This document shows positions 20,377 through 29,483 of a stretch of 64,000 nucleotides of DNA, piece by piece. Numbering within the stretch: position 1 is the first letter of the stretch; the number at the start of each line of letters is the position of its first letter. The position numbers were made by a program, and so were the translations under genes. The notes beneath the pieces are model-generated. The model searched no databases. It had not been told where the DNA came from and saw nothing but the letters and a program-made list of their open reading frames with translations. The stretch is from a bacterium (GTDB lineage Bacteria > Hinthialibacterota > Hinthialibacteria > Hinthialibacterales > Hinthialibacteraceae): contig CAXXMV010000001.1 of NCBI GenBank assembly GCA_963662285.2, positions 736,001 through 800,000 on the forward strand, written 5' to 3'.

Positions 20377-20943
20377 CTATAAATTCGTTATCCGGTCGCT
20401 CGCTACTTTCAACTTTCGATCTATCGGCATATAAGGATCTTTGGATTGCGGCAGGTCGATCATCCTTTTTTCATTATGTAGTTTCATGAAGGGATCGGTC
20501 TGCGATTCGAGCGGTATAAAACCTTCTGTTATATCAGTATTTACTTTTTTATCCCCATTCAGATTGATGAAATTATCCGATTCATTAATCTCGTCAGGAT
20601 TAACTATCGAATCGTTCTTTTGCTTCATTTCATCATAAATTATATCGCCGATGCCTATTGCGTTAGCATCCGCTAACTGCTTGGACATGTGGTCATCCAC
20701 CATCTCCATATACATTTCGGTAGCATGCGAGCGTTCAATAAAGCCATTATTGGGAACAGTTTTGCGCATCTCTTTAAGTAATTGGCGAATGATGACCTCT
20801 TCGAATTGATTGGCGGTATCGCGCAACTGCTTATCGGACTTTTTTTCTTTTGCGCCGAGAGTCATCGACGTAAGCGATTCTAGTCCACCGTCGATGCGCT
20901 TGGCCGCCATAGCGTTGCTTGATAATGACATAAGGTCGTTCAT
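20377..20943 (-). CDS. flgJ: Flagellar rod-binding protein FlgJ (no muramidase domain)
   Basis: LRDTANQFEE.II..LLKEMRKTV...Y.EM.D...IGIGD rod-binding domain. Confidence 0.85.
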   Translation of the reverse strand: MNDLMSLSSNAMAAKRIDGGLESLTSMTLGAKEKKSDKQLRDTANQFEEVIIRQLLKEMRKTVPNNGFIERSHATEMYMEMVDDHMSKQLADANAIGIGDIIYDEMKQKNDSIVNPDEINESDNFINLNGDKKVNTDITEGFIPLESQTDPFMKLHNEKRMIDLPQSKDPYMPIDRKLKVASDRITNL

Positions 20944-20958
20944 AATTATTCTCCAACG

Positions 20959-22173
20959 TTACTGCATTACTATTTCCGCTTTGATATAACCAGCGGCGGC
21001 CATGTTTTGTAGAATGGCGATCAGGTCGCGCGGCGTGTAACCCAGTTGATTAAGGTTAGTGATTACATCACCAATAGTCGTCCCGGCCACCAGCGCAATC
21101 TTCTCATCTTCTGTGGCGGTAACATTAGTATTTTGATTTGGTGTTGTCTGCCCGCCAGTTCCTAATCCCGGTTGAGATATCTCCTGCGTTGTCTGGATAG
21201 TGATGCGTAGCGGGCCATTGACTATGACGGCGTCTCTTACCCGTATATTTTGTCCGGCGATTATGGTTCCAGTTCTTTCGTTGATTATGATTTTGGCGAC
21301 TTCATCTACTTCAATTTCAGTTTCATCTATAAAAGCAATGGCGTTAACCAACGAATCGAATGCATTGTTGCCCAACCGGACTTTTTTGGAATCGCCCAAG
21401 TCGATCACATCGAACCTGACTAAAATTGAACTGGCGTCTTCAGCGATGGCTATGTTTTCCTGGCAGATAGAGTTGATCTTGCGTTCCAGATTGGCGGCGG
21501 TTTTGAAATCCGGCGTGTGAAGCATCCATCGCAGATTGGTTCCTTCTTGAATAATATCATGAGTAACCTTATCGCCTTCCACGATTACTCCATTGGGAAT
21601 GCTAGCAACCAGAGTATGGTTTTTCTGTACTGATGCGCCTCCGCCTGCTCCACCGCCGCCAGCGACTACGAAGCCGCCCAGCGAAAGTCCGCCATAAGCT
21701 AATCCATGAGGCTTGCCGTCGGCGCCCATCAACGCGGTTGGCAGCAAGGTTCCACCCTGAAGACTTTTAGCTCGACCAATGCTGATCACCGAACAATTGA
21801 CGCGGGAACCGGGACGGGAGAATGGTGGAAGATCAGCCAGCACGACAACCGCCGCAACATTATCAGGGATAACTTCAGTAGATACCAAATCGGGTTGAAG
21901 AACATTGATGCCCAAACCGGATAACAGGTTAGATAAGGTATGCGCAGTAAAACCACGGCGCCCATCTCCGGTTCCTTCAAGACCGCCGACCAGGCCATAT
22001 CCGATCAACGGGTTATCCTGGATACCGTCTAACTGAGCAATATCTTTTACCCGCGCCACAATGGGCTGAGCTACTGCATCAATGCAGATAAATCCGATCA
22101 GAAGCGCAATTGGAATAATGCGGATCATGACGCTTCTTAGATTTAAGTTATATTTGGTAAATCGATTCATCAC
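20959..22173 (-). CDS. flgI: Flagellar P-ring protein
   Basis: RVKDI...G...N.LIGYGLV.GL.GTGD, AKSLQGGTL, INERTGTII.G, TPRDLIAILQ. Confidence 0.95.
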   Translation of the reverse strand: MMNRFTKYNLNLRSVMIRIIPIALLIGFICIDAVAQPIVARVKDIAQLDGIQDNPLIGYGLVGGLEGTGDGRRGFTAHTLSNLLSGLGINVLQPDLVSTEVIPDNVAAVVVLADLPPFSRPGSRVNCSVISIGRAKSLQGGTLLPTALMGADGKPHGLAYGGLSLGGFVVAGGGGAGGGASVQKNHTLVASIPNGVIVEGDKVTHDIIQEGTNLRWMLHTPDFKTAANLERKINSICQENIAIAEDASSILVRFDVIDLGDSKKVRLGNNAFDSLVNAIAFIDETEIEVDEVAKIIINERTGTIIAGQNIRVRDAVIVNGPLRITIQTTQEISQPGLGTGGQTTPNQNTNVTATEDEKIALVAGTTIGDVITNLNQLGYTPRDLIAILQNMAAAGYIKAEIVMQ

Positions 22174-22203
22174 TCAAGCCCTTTCACGATTACATACATC
22201 AAT

Positions 22204-22884
22204 TTAAAAGAGAACGCCAAATATTTTTTGGAAGAAAGTCGGATTGCTCATTTTGCCCAGCGTGCCGCTGCCGATATAACTGATCTCTGCATCAGCGACC
22301 TGCCATGATAAAATACTGTTCCTGACAATATCACGTGGACGAATTTTGCCGGAAAGAACGATAGTTTTTCGTTCTTCTCCAATGTGGATAGTTTTCCGGG
22401 CTTCAATCAGGTAGTTGCCGGTAGGATCAATCCGTACAATGGTTGCTGCGATGCGTGATGTAAAAGTATTGGCTCTATCAACCGCCGCTTCACCGGAAAA
22501 TTCATTATTGGAATCCCATTTAACTTGTGGAGCGTTGGCGGCGCCGCCAAAGACTTTCTGCATAAATGGATTATTCCACAGCATACCCAGAATTCCATTA
22601 ACTTTATGCTCGCGTTTGCCTTCGCCATTGGCGCTTTCATTGGCGCGGTTATCTTCCTGGATGACGATCATTAAAATGTCGCCGACTTTAGTGGCGTTTG
22701 CTTCCGTCATCATAAAATTCATCGGAGAATCCTGCGTCCACAAAGAACGCGCCGTCGCAGATTCAGTTGTTAGTAATATTGCGCTGACAAGTAATAGTCC
22801 AATGATTGATAATTTTTTCATGATATTTTCACCGTTTAATAATATTATATTTTGTTTCATCAACATACATTCAGGAAGATACAA
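22204..22884 (-). CDS. flgH: Flagellar L-ring protein (likely start MKKLS at 22821)
   Basis: VGDIL.I.I.E, GNYLIE, LSGKIRP.DI..NSI.S..VADAEI.Y.G. Confidence 0.9.
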   Translation of the reverse strand: MYLPECMLMKQNIILLNGENIMKKLSIIGLLLVSAILLTTESATARSLWTQDSPMNFMMTEANATKVGDILMIVIQEDNRANESANGEGKREHKVNGILGMLWNNPFMQKVFGGAANAPQVKWDSNNEFSGEAAVDRANTFTSRIAATIVRIDPTGNYLIEARKTIHIGEERKTIVLSGKIRPRDIVRNSILSWQVADAEISYIGSGTLGKMSNPTFFQKIFGVLF

Positions 22885-23899
22885 GTTCTACCACTCCCCG
22901 TTGAATAATCCGTGCTTTGACTACCTGATTGGTTTGAACCGTTTTTATGGGCACGATATCGCCGACTGCGCCGCGATTTAACGCTTTGCCGCTGGTCTGC
23001 ATGCTCATACCGCCATTGCGGATAACCATCTTGACGTTATCTCCCCGGTTCACCACATAATTCACATCAAGGTTATTCCATTTGATCAAGTCGCCTTTAT
23101 GGATTTGAGTTTTGCTTTTGGCGCCAATAATCTCCTTGATGTCATCCACCGCCATGCGGTCAGTCAGTTCCTTATCGAAATACTGAACCACTTCGCGTAT
23201 ATCTTTTGGACCAATCACATCACCCCGTTTAAGATTACGCGTCGGCATATAAGCAATACGCCGATGGGTTGAAGTAACAACTACCGGAAAACTCTTATAA
23301 AGGACATTGTCGGTAAAAATTCTGACTTCATAACGCACGGTTCCATAAACCATTGGAGAAGTACGGGATAAAACAATTTCATTCTCTGTTTTTGGAACCC
23401 ACAAGTCTCCGGTAGGTGTACTTAGCACGCGCAGAATCAACTCATCTTCTTTCCAGCCGGTTTCCATTAAAACTTCTTCTTGAATTTGGGCAATGACTGT
23501 TTTGAGATTGATAGATTTACCATAACCGTACACTTCAACCATCCGTTCGCCTTTGAATCGAACATTGGCGAAATCCAGCATCGCTTTACGGATGGATCGT
23601 ATTATGTAGTGATTAGGCAGACGAACTATTTCCCCGGGCTGCGGCGCATCGAGAACCTCTAAAGATTCAAATTTCTTTTGCGTCTCCTGATCCGGAGCCA
23701 TTATGGATACAGATAAATCGCCCAATAGGATTGTTTTGGCTTCTTGGCTTGTAACTGTATATGATTCAGGCAACTCGATATAGATATATTGTTGAGTTGT
23801 CTCAGCCGATAATTCCCCCGACCAGGTCACAGTTAAGAGAAGAACCAGCAAAGAAAGCATGGATTTTTTTATTGATAATGTCATTAACGAATGATTCAT
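22871..23899 (-). CDS. flgA: Flagellar P-ring formation chaperone
   Basis: SAF domain plus VNRGD.V.......MQ..GKAL..GAVGD.V C-terminus; operon position. Confidence 0.85.
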   Translation of the reverse strand: MNHSLMTLSIKKSMLSLLVLLLTVTWSGELSAETTQQYIYIELPESYTVTSQEAKTILLGDLSVSIMAPDQETQKKFESLEVLDAPQPGEIVRLPNHYIIRSIRKAMLDFANVRFKGERMVEVYGYGKSINLKTVIAQIQEEVLMETGWKEDELILRVLSTPTGDLWVPKTENEIVLSRTSPMVYGTVRYEVRIFTDNVLYKSFPVVVTSTHRRIAYMPTRNLKRGDVIGPKDIREVVQYFDKELTDRMAVDDIKEIIGAKSKTQIHKGDLIKWNNLDVNYVVNRGDNVKMVIRNGGMSMQTSGKALNRGAVGDIVPIKTVQTNQVVKARIIQRGVVELVSS

Positions 23900-23956
23900 C
23901 TTTCTCTCTCCTGATTAGCGGTCAATATTTACCTTAAATACTGCTGTTTGATATGA

Positions 23957-24745
23957 TTATTGTTTCAGGTTAACCGAAGTCTGGATCATTTCATCGCCAG
24001 TTCGAACGGCGCGTGAATTAACCTCGAAGGCCCGTTGGGCGGTGATCAGATTGACCAGTTCTTCCGCCACGCTAACGTTTGAATTCTCTAAAAATCCTTG
24101 CTGCAATAATCCTAATCCATCCTGTCCGGGAGTGTTGGGGACTGGAGGGCCGGAAGCTTCAGATTCCGCAAACAGGTTTTTACCCAAAGCGGTAAGACCA
24201 GCCGGATTAACAAAACCGGCTAGTTGCAGTTGCCCGACCTGTGAAATCTGGTTACCGGGTTGTACAACCGAAACAAATCCTTCATCGCTGATATTCAGCG
24301 CGGATGCATCCTGTGGAATCTGGATATTCGGTTCAATAACAAATCCATCGGAAGTGACCAGATTACCAGTCTCATCCAGGTTGAAAGCGCCATCACGGGT
24401 ATAGCCTATAGTTCCATCCGGCATGGTTACCTGAAAGAATCCATTACGGCCAAGAATCGCCACATCTAATGGATTTTCGGTATTCCGCACAGAACCTTCA
24501 TTAAATACGCGGCGCGTTCCTGCAACGCGGACGCCATGACCGATCTGGATGCCGGTTGGAAGCCGTATACCTTGATAAGCTGACGATCCAGCGGGTTTTA
24601 TGGTTTGATAAAGTAAATCCTGAAAATCAACCCGGGTTCGTTTGTATCCAAACGTATTCGCGTTGGCCAGGTTATTGGCGATGTTATCCACCATGAACGA
24701 CATTCCGTGCATACCGGCTGCCGCTGTAAAGAGTCCTCGCATCAT
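23957..24745 (-). CDS. flgG: Flagellar basal-body distal rod protein
   Basis: IANNLANANT.GYK...F.DL.YQ, YTRDG.F, LE.SNV....E...LI.AQRAFE.NS. Confidence 0.95.
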   Translation of the reverse strand: MMRGLFTAAAGMHGMSFMVDNIANNLANANTFGYKRTRVDFQDLLYQTIKPAGSSAYQGIRLPTGIQIGHGVRVAGTRRVFNEGSVRNTENPLDVAILGRNGFFQVTMPDGTIGYTRDGAFNLDETGNLVTSDGFVIEPNIQIPQDASALNISDEGFVSVVQPGNQISQVGQLQLAGFVNPAGLTALGKNLFAESEASGPPVPNTPGQDGLGLLQQGFLENSNVSVAEELVNLITAQRAFEVNSRAVRTGDEMIQTSVNLKQ

Positions 24746-24805
24746 GGCCTTGTTCTCCTAACTTATATCCTCAATATCTTCAATTATTTATAATTTTTTA
24801 TTCTA

Positions 24806-25639
24806 TTATCGGGCTATTTCATTTACTGCTTTGCCCAATGTTTGATCTAATGCTCTGAGCACCCGCGCGCTGGCTTCGTGGATACGGTACGAATCGATTA
24901 ATTTCACCATTTCCGTGGTGGGAAGCGAGTTAGACGTCTCGAAATATCCCTGCGTAACCCGAAATTTTTCGGGAATCTTGAAATTTTCTAGATCATCTTC
25001 TTCGACGCGGAAAATATTGCCGGGTTCACGAAATAACTTATCTTTATCTTCAAAGTCGATAACGCGCAATTGATCGATCTCATATTCCTGATTAACCAAA
25101 TTGCCATTAACATCCTGAACTTTATTTGTAGCATATATATGCCCGAATCCACCAATCCTGAAATCCTCTTTACCGACATTTATCGGACCAGGTTGGCGGT
25201 TGTTTTTCGTCCCATGACCCATCACGTAATAACCCTGGTTATTAACCAGGAAGCCTTCTTTATCCACATGAAAATCACCGGAACGGGAAAATCTCATTCC
25301 ATCGGGAGTGATAAGAGTAAAAAATCCATCGCCATCAATAGCAATATCATTAGGTTCACCAGTATATTTAAGCCCCGCGCTGGAGTGATCTGTGTAAATC
25401 CAGTCGATTCCAGCGCCAGTACCAACCCGGCCAATGGCATGGTTATAACGGTTCTTGTTGGTTGTATTGGTTAATCCATCATAAGAAGCTTTAAGCATGA
25501 CGTCGGGGAAAGAGCGAATCACTACCTCTTCACGACGAAATCCGGGCATATGAGAATTGGCCAGATTCTGGGCGATCACATCTTGCACCTGTTCTTGAAT
25601 GATCATGCCGGAAGCGGCGGAATATAAACCTGTAAGCAT
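24806..25639 (-). CDS. flgF: Flagellar basal-body rod protein FlgF
   Basis: GLYSAASGM...IAQNLAN...PGF, DIAIDGDGFF, FSRSGDF, E.SN...EMV; precedes flgG. Confidence 0.85.
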   Translation of the reverse strand: MLTGLYSAASGMIIQEQVQDVIAQNLANSHMPGFRREEVVIRSFPDVMLKASYDGLTNTTNKNRYNHAIGRVGTGAGIDWIYTDHSSAGLKYTGEPNDIAIDGDGFFTLITPDGMRFSRSGDFHVDKEGFLVNNQGYYVMGHGTKNNRQPGPINVGKEDFRIGGFGHIYATNKVQDVNGNLVNQEYEIDQLRVIDFEDKDKLFREPGNIFRVEEDDLENFKIPEKFRVTQGYFETSNSLPTTEMVKLIDSYRIHEASARVLRALDQTLGKAVNEIAR

Positions 25640-25692
25640 GCTTGACTCCTGCCTGAAAATAATTCACTCTTATGTATCATCAATTATGAAAG

Positions 25693-25708
25693 AGCAACCC
25701 CTGTACCA
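25693..25708 (-). promoter_or_regulatory. Sigma54 promoter of the flgF operon
   Basis: TGGTACAGGGGTTGCT, near-consensus -24/-12; palindrome ATGCCT-N8-AGGCAT at 25816-25835 may be the enhancer. Confidence 0.7.
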
Positions 25709-25846
25709 AAGCGGATAATCTCTTTTCATATCATGAAACTAATTACGTAAGATAAAGATACAAAGGGAGATACAACATTATTTGTTTTTGATGTAAACTA
25801 TTTCAAAAAAAGGAGATGCCTCGACTAATAGGCATTTTTTTCCAGT

Positions 25847-26269
25847 ATGACAAATTCTCGCATTATCTCTTTAGGTATCAACGATTTACACGCCATCAAT
25901 GACGGATGGTATGGCTTGGAAAAATCTCCGGAACGCGTTTATTTTCGAGCTTCCGCTCCATTAGCCGAATTGACTCTGCCGATTGAGGGGATAAGAGTTG
26001 ATTTGTCATTATACTTAGCCGCCAGACCGGAACATGCAGGTGAACCTCTTGAAGCATCGGTGTTTAATAGTACAGCTGATTCAGGTTTTACATTTATTTT
26101 AGAGACCAATGGATGGAGTATTCGTTCTGGTTCTGTAATAATAAATCAAGATAAAAAAATCCAGATTATTATCAAAAATCCCTGGTCGCCGGACCGGCTT
26201 TATAACAACGGCGATAGCCGGTCTCTGGGCGTCCTTTTGAGCGCCGTTCGTATCAATACATTAGATTGA
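25847..26269 (+). CDS. Hypothetical beta-sandwich protein
   Basis: GWYGLE...FR and D.R.LGV motifs resemble accessory domains of glycan-modifying proteins; 9 bp upstream of the next gene. Confidence 0.6.
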   Translation: MTNSRIISLGINDLHAINDGWYGLEKSPERVYFRASAPLAELTLPIEGIRVDLSLYLAARPEHAGEPLEASVFNSTADSGFTFILETNGWSIRSGSVIINQDKKIQIIIKNPWSPDRLYNNGDSRSLGVLLSAVRINTLD

Positions 26270-26278
26270 GAAAACATC

Positions 26279-27265
26279 ATGACATTTATTCACCCCATCA
26301 CGCAGAAAAACATCCCTGATAGCATTGTCGGTATAATTGCCCCTATGTTCACCCCGGTGGACTCGGAAAAGCGTATAGATCATCAAAAATTACGCGCATA
26401 TACCAAATGGCTGGTAAACGATCCCAATATCACATCTCTCTTTTGGCGCAGCGGCGTAGGAAGAATGTTCACTTTTTCCGTTCAGGAAGTTAAAGATGGC
26501 CTGGACGTCATCCTCGAAGCAGCCGATGGCAAGAAGCCTGTTTTTTGCGGGACGGCTGGAGAATTCAATGGCGATTTCTCCACCAAAGCCGATCCTCAAT
26601 GCTACCTGGATCAGTCCATTGAATTATCGCTATACGCTCAGAAAAGCGGCGCCGAGGGAAGCGTCCTGGTTATGCCCGCTGCGTTACCGGTTAAGCCTGG
26701 TTCATCGGCTGAAGAAACCTCTTTTGAATATTTCAAGTCGGTTCACGATAAAACCGATGGGCCGATTCTGATATACAATCCCCAGAATATGGCTGATGAT
26801 TTTCATGCGACGCCTTCGTTGATCAGCAAGGTATCAGCGCTGCCCCGCATCATTGGCATGAAACTATCAACCACCGATATGTACCTGATGAGCAATCTGG
26901 TTGACGCCGCAGGCCAGAACGATTTCGCCATGATCGCCGGGTCTGAATGCACCTACTACCAAGCCTTAGCCACTGGCGCGGCTGGCATCGTGGGCCAGGG
27001 TTGCAGCATATACCCCAACATCCTGCGTCATATTCTGGATTCATTCGTATCTGGCGATTGGGCTTCTGCATTTCAAGCCCAACTGGACGTCAACCGCGCT
27101 CTGGATGGATTTCAGGGACTTGCAGCTGATACAAGCGGATTCGCATATCTAAAAAAAGCGGGCATGGATGCATCCCCATACTGCCGCGATGGATCAGCGC
27201 CGCTATCGCAGGACACAGTGGATCAAATCTATAACGCGATTAAACCTTACTGCGATAAATACTGA
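26279..27265 (+). CDS. Dihydrodipicolinate synthase / N-acetylneuraminate lyase family protein
   Basis: PMFTP, ILIYNP, IIGMKLS (Schiff-base Lys), GA.G. Confidence 0.85.
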   Translation: MTFIHPITQKNIPDSIVGIIAPMFTPVDSEKRIDHQKLRAYTKWLVNDPNITSLFWRSGVGRMFTFSVQEVKDGLDVILEAADGKKPVFCGTAGEFNGDFSTKADPQCYLDQSIELSLYAQKSGAEGSVLVMPAALPVKPGSSAEETSFEYFKSVHDKTDGPILIYNPQNMADDFHATPSLISKVSALPRIIGMKLSTTDMYLMSNLVDAAGQNDFAMIAGSECTYYQALATGAAGIVGQGCSIYPNILRHILDSFVSGDWASAFQAQLDVNRALDGFQGLAADTSGFAYLKKAGMDASPYCRDGSAPLSQDTVDQIYNAIKPYCDKY

Positions 27266-27280
27266 TAACTGGTTATATTC

Positions 27281-27321
27281 AAAAAGCCTCTTTCCTGAAA
27301 ACTTGGGAAGAGGCTTTTTTT
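27281..27321. terminator. Bidirectional intrinsic terminator
   Basis: AAAAAGCCTCTTTCC...GGGAAGAGGCTTTTTTT between convergent genes. Confidence 0.8.
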
Positions 27322-27345
27322 GTATGAACCTGGATGAGTAAAAAC

Positions 27346-27377
27346 GATGGGACACGCTTCGCTTTGTCCCATCTTAC
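27346..27377 (-). repeat. GTAG-type REP
   Basis: GTAAGATGGGAC-AAAGCGAAGCGT-GTCCCATC on the minus strand. Confidence 0.55.
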
Positions 27378-29236
27378 TTCTCAAATTGTTCAGAATAGGG
27401 CGTAACGATGCGGTAGGTGCTGCTTAAGAAGCGGATTTGTTCGAGGAACTCGGGCTGTTCTCCTTCATCCACCATTCTTCCCACGATGTGATAAATTTTG
27501 TGGAAAGCCCATTGCCGGGCGATTTCGTATGTTCCATTGTCGCGTTCAGGAACCTTTAGTTCCAACACGACTTCTTTCTGCTCATCGAAGGCTTCGCCGA
27601 CCAGACGCAGGGTGAAACTCTTTTCATCGCGCAGCCGACCCCAAACGCGAATTTCACCTTTTTGATATAGATGAGGCAATCTCTTGGGATAAACTTCCGT
27701 CTTATCCACTCCAAGAAAATCTGCTGATACTTGCAGCAAAAGAGGGTCTTCGATATATCGAAACATCGACTCAAGCACCGGAGGAAGATCGGAACGGTTT
27801 TGCTCGAAAGCCACCAATCCTCGATTTCTGAAGGCGAGCATGTCCAGTAAATAGCGGTTAATGACGTCTCCGGTTCCAACGCAGAATATGGAGGTGCTGG
27901 GTCCCTGATTTTGGGTCAAACTATTGATAATCTTACGGCTGTTAACCACGCCGACCGTCGGTCTTCCATCGCTTACCAGAAACAGGGTCAGCGGACGGGC
28001 GCGTTCGGTTCCCAGGCGGACCAGCGGTTGCAGCGATGTATAAATATCCGTCTTACCCGACGCTTCGAGGGGACGGATGAAGCGTTTGGCTAATTGCATA
28101 TTATCACTGGTCACAGGCGCCAGGGTATCCGTAAATTTTTTGACGCTGCGCTTGAATCCCACAATATTGAAACGGTCATCAGGCCGCAATTGGAGCATCA
28201 AAGCTTCCAGTTCATCAATGATAACCTTCATGCGTCTCTGCCCCATGCTGGAAGAGGCGTCAACCACAAAAACCACATCCTTAGGCAAAACGCGCAACCG
28301 TTCATCAGCGGCGAGAGGCCGTATGCGAACCATGAAATATCCATCGCCGCCGACATGGTGATAGGTTTGTAAATCCACCCATAGCAGATCATCAAGATTA
28401 ACGAACCTATCTTTGATCTCTTCTTTGGCGTCTTCAATAGTTTTCAAGTCAGCAGTTTGCGGATTTGATCCCATTAGATCAGTTATTGGAAAAAATTCAG
28501 TAACCGGCGGCAATTCAATTGGCGGCTCAGAAATCTCCAGATCGGGAATTGGCGGTGGAAGATTCCGGTCCAATACCATTTGCAAAGAACGCGCCGCCAC
28601 CGGATTACTCTGTAAAACCGGAGCGGGCAATCCCTCCAATATACGGCGTTGTCCACCGCCGCGTCCAGTTAGAGGAATGTAATCAGGATTAATATCATCA
28701 ACCACGGCCTCGCGCCCGCCTTGCGCATCAAAACGCTGGATGCTTTTTTGACTGAATTTTGAAGAAATAAGCCGATTGGCCGCCTGATCATCTTCAAACA
28801 AATGATCCACTTCTTCATCATCCCAAGCTGGAATAACATTAGAGATGGAAGGCGGCATGATATCATTGATTCCCGACTGCACAGAACGGGGAATCTGATT
28901 ATTTAATTGATCAATTTCCTCTTGCAGAACTCTTTCCCGTTCACGAATCAAATTTTCTTGAGTAGGGCGGGATGTGAAATTGCGTGATTCTAATTTTTGC
29001 AGACGAACATTAAAGAGAGTTTCCACCGATTCTTCAGCAACGCCGATATCAGCCACTTGCCAGGAAGTAGACATATAAATAAACGCAAAATGCGCAATTA
29101 ACGATACGCACAATGAGGCGATCAGCCATTGATCCCGCCTGTGGCGTTTTGGATAATAAATATGTGATGGCGATATGTCGTGGCTATTAAACATCAGTAT
29201 CTCGTATCTCGTATCCCAACTGGGATTGGGTGGCAA
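27374..29236 (-). CDS. Membrane-anchored vWA-domain protein (true start probably a few codons inside the ORF)
   Basis: N-terminal TM S..VSLIAH; Pro-rich linker; MIDAS DASSSM, GKTD, LVSDGRPT. Confidence 0.85.
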   Translation of the reverse strand: MPPNPSWDTRYEILMFNSHDISPSHIYYPKRHRRDQWLIASLCVSLIAHFAFIYMSTSWQVADIGVAEESVETLFNVRLQKLESRNFTSRPTQENLIRERERVLQEEIDQLNNQIPRSVQSGINDIMPPSISNVIPAWDDEEVDHLFEDDQAANRLISSKFSQKSIQRFDAQGGREAVVDDINPDYIPLTGRGGGQRRILEGLPAPVLQSNPVAARSLQMVLDRNLPPPIPDLEISEPPIELPPVTEFFPITDLMGSNPQTADLKTIEDAKEEIKDRFVNLDDLLWVDLQTYHHVGGDGYFMVRIRPLAADERLRVLPKDVVFVVDASSSMGQRRMKVIIDELEALMLQLRPDDRFNIVGFKRSVKKFTDTLAPVTSDNMQLAKRFIRPLEASGKTDIYTSLQPLVRLGTERARPLTLFLVSDGRPTVGVVNSRKIINSLTQNQGPSTSIFCVGTGDVINRYLLDMLAFRNRGLVAFEQNRSDLPPVLESMFRYIEDPLLLQVSADFLGVDKTEVYPKRLPHLYQKGEIRVWGRLRDEKSFTLRLVGEAFDEQKEVVLELKVPERDNGTYEIARQWAFHKIYHIVGRMVDEGEQPEFLEQIRFLSSTYRIVTPYSEQFEK

Positions 29237-29428
29237 GGGCAGTGTATTTTCTGCCCTTGATTGAGTTCAATTCATTTATTTCCATAGTTTTTATCAACAA
29301 TCCATGTTGAAGAAAAAATAAAATCCAATCTATTTTGCCTGTAATTGGATTATAAAAAAATCAAAGGTTTATTACGTTTTTCTAAGGTTTTCAGTCAAGG
29401 GCAGAAAGGACGCTGCCCTTGGCACCCT
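29228..29428. repeat. Inverted pair of CAAGGGCAG/CTGCCCTTG palindromic repeats (REPIN-like)
   Basis: GGGTGGCAAGGGCAG..CTGCCCTTGA (29228-29260) and TCAAGGGCAG..CTGCCCTTGGCACCC (29395-29427). Confidence 0.65.
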
Positions 29429-29483
29429 TATTGCAGTATTCATCGTAATGAATACTGATCAAGCATCTTCTTCATCAATCGCT

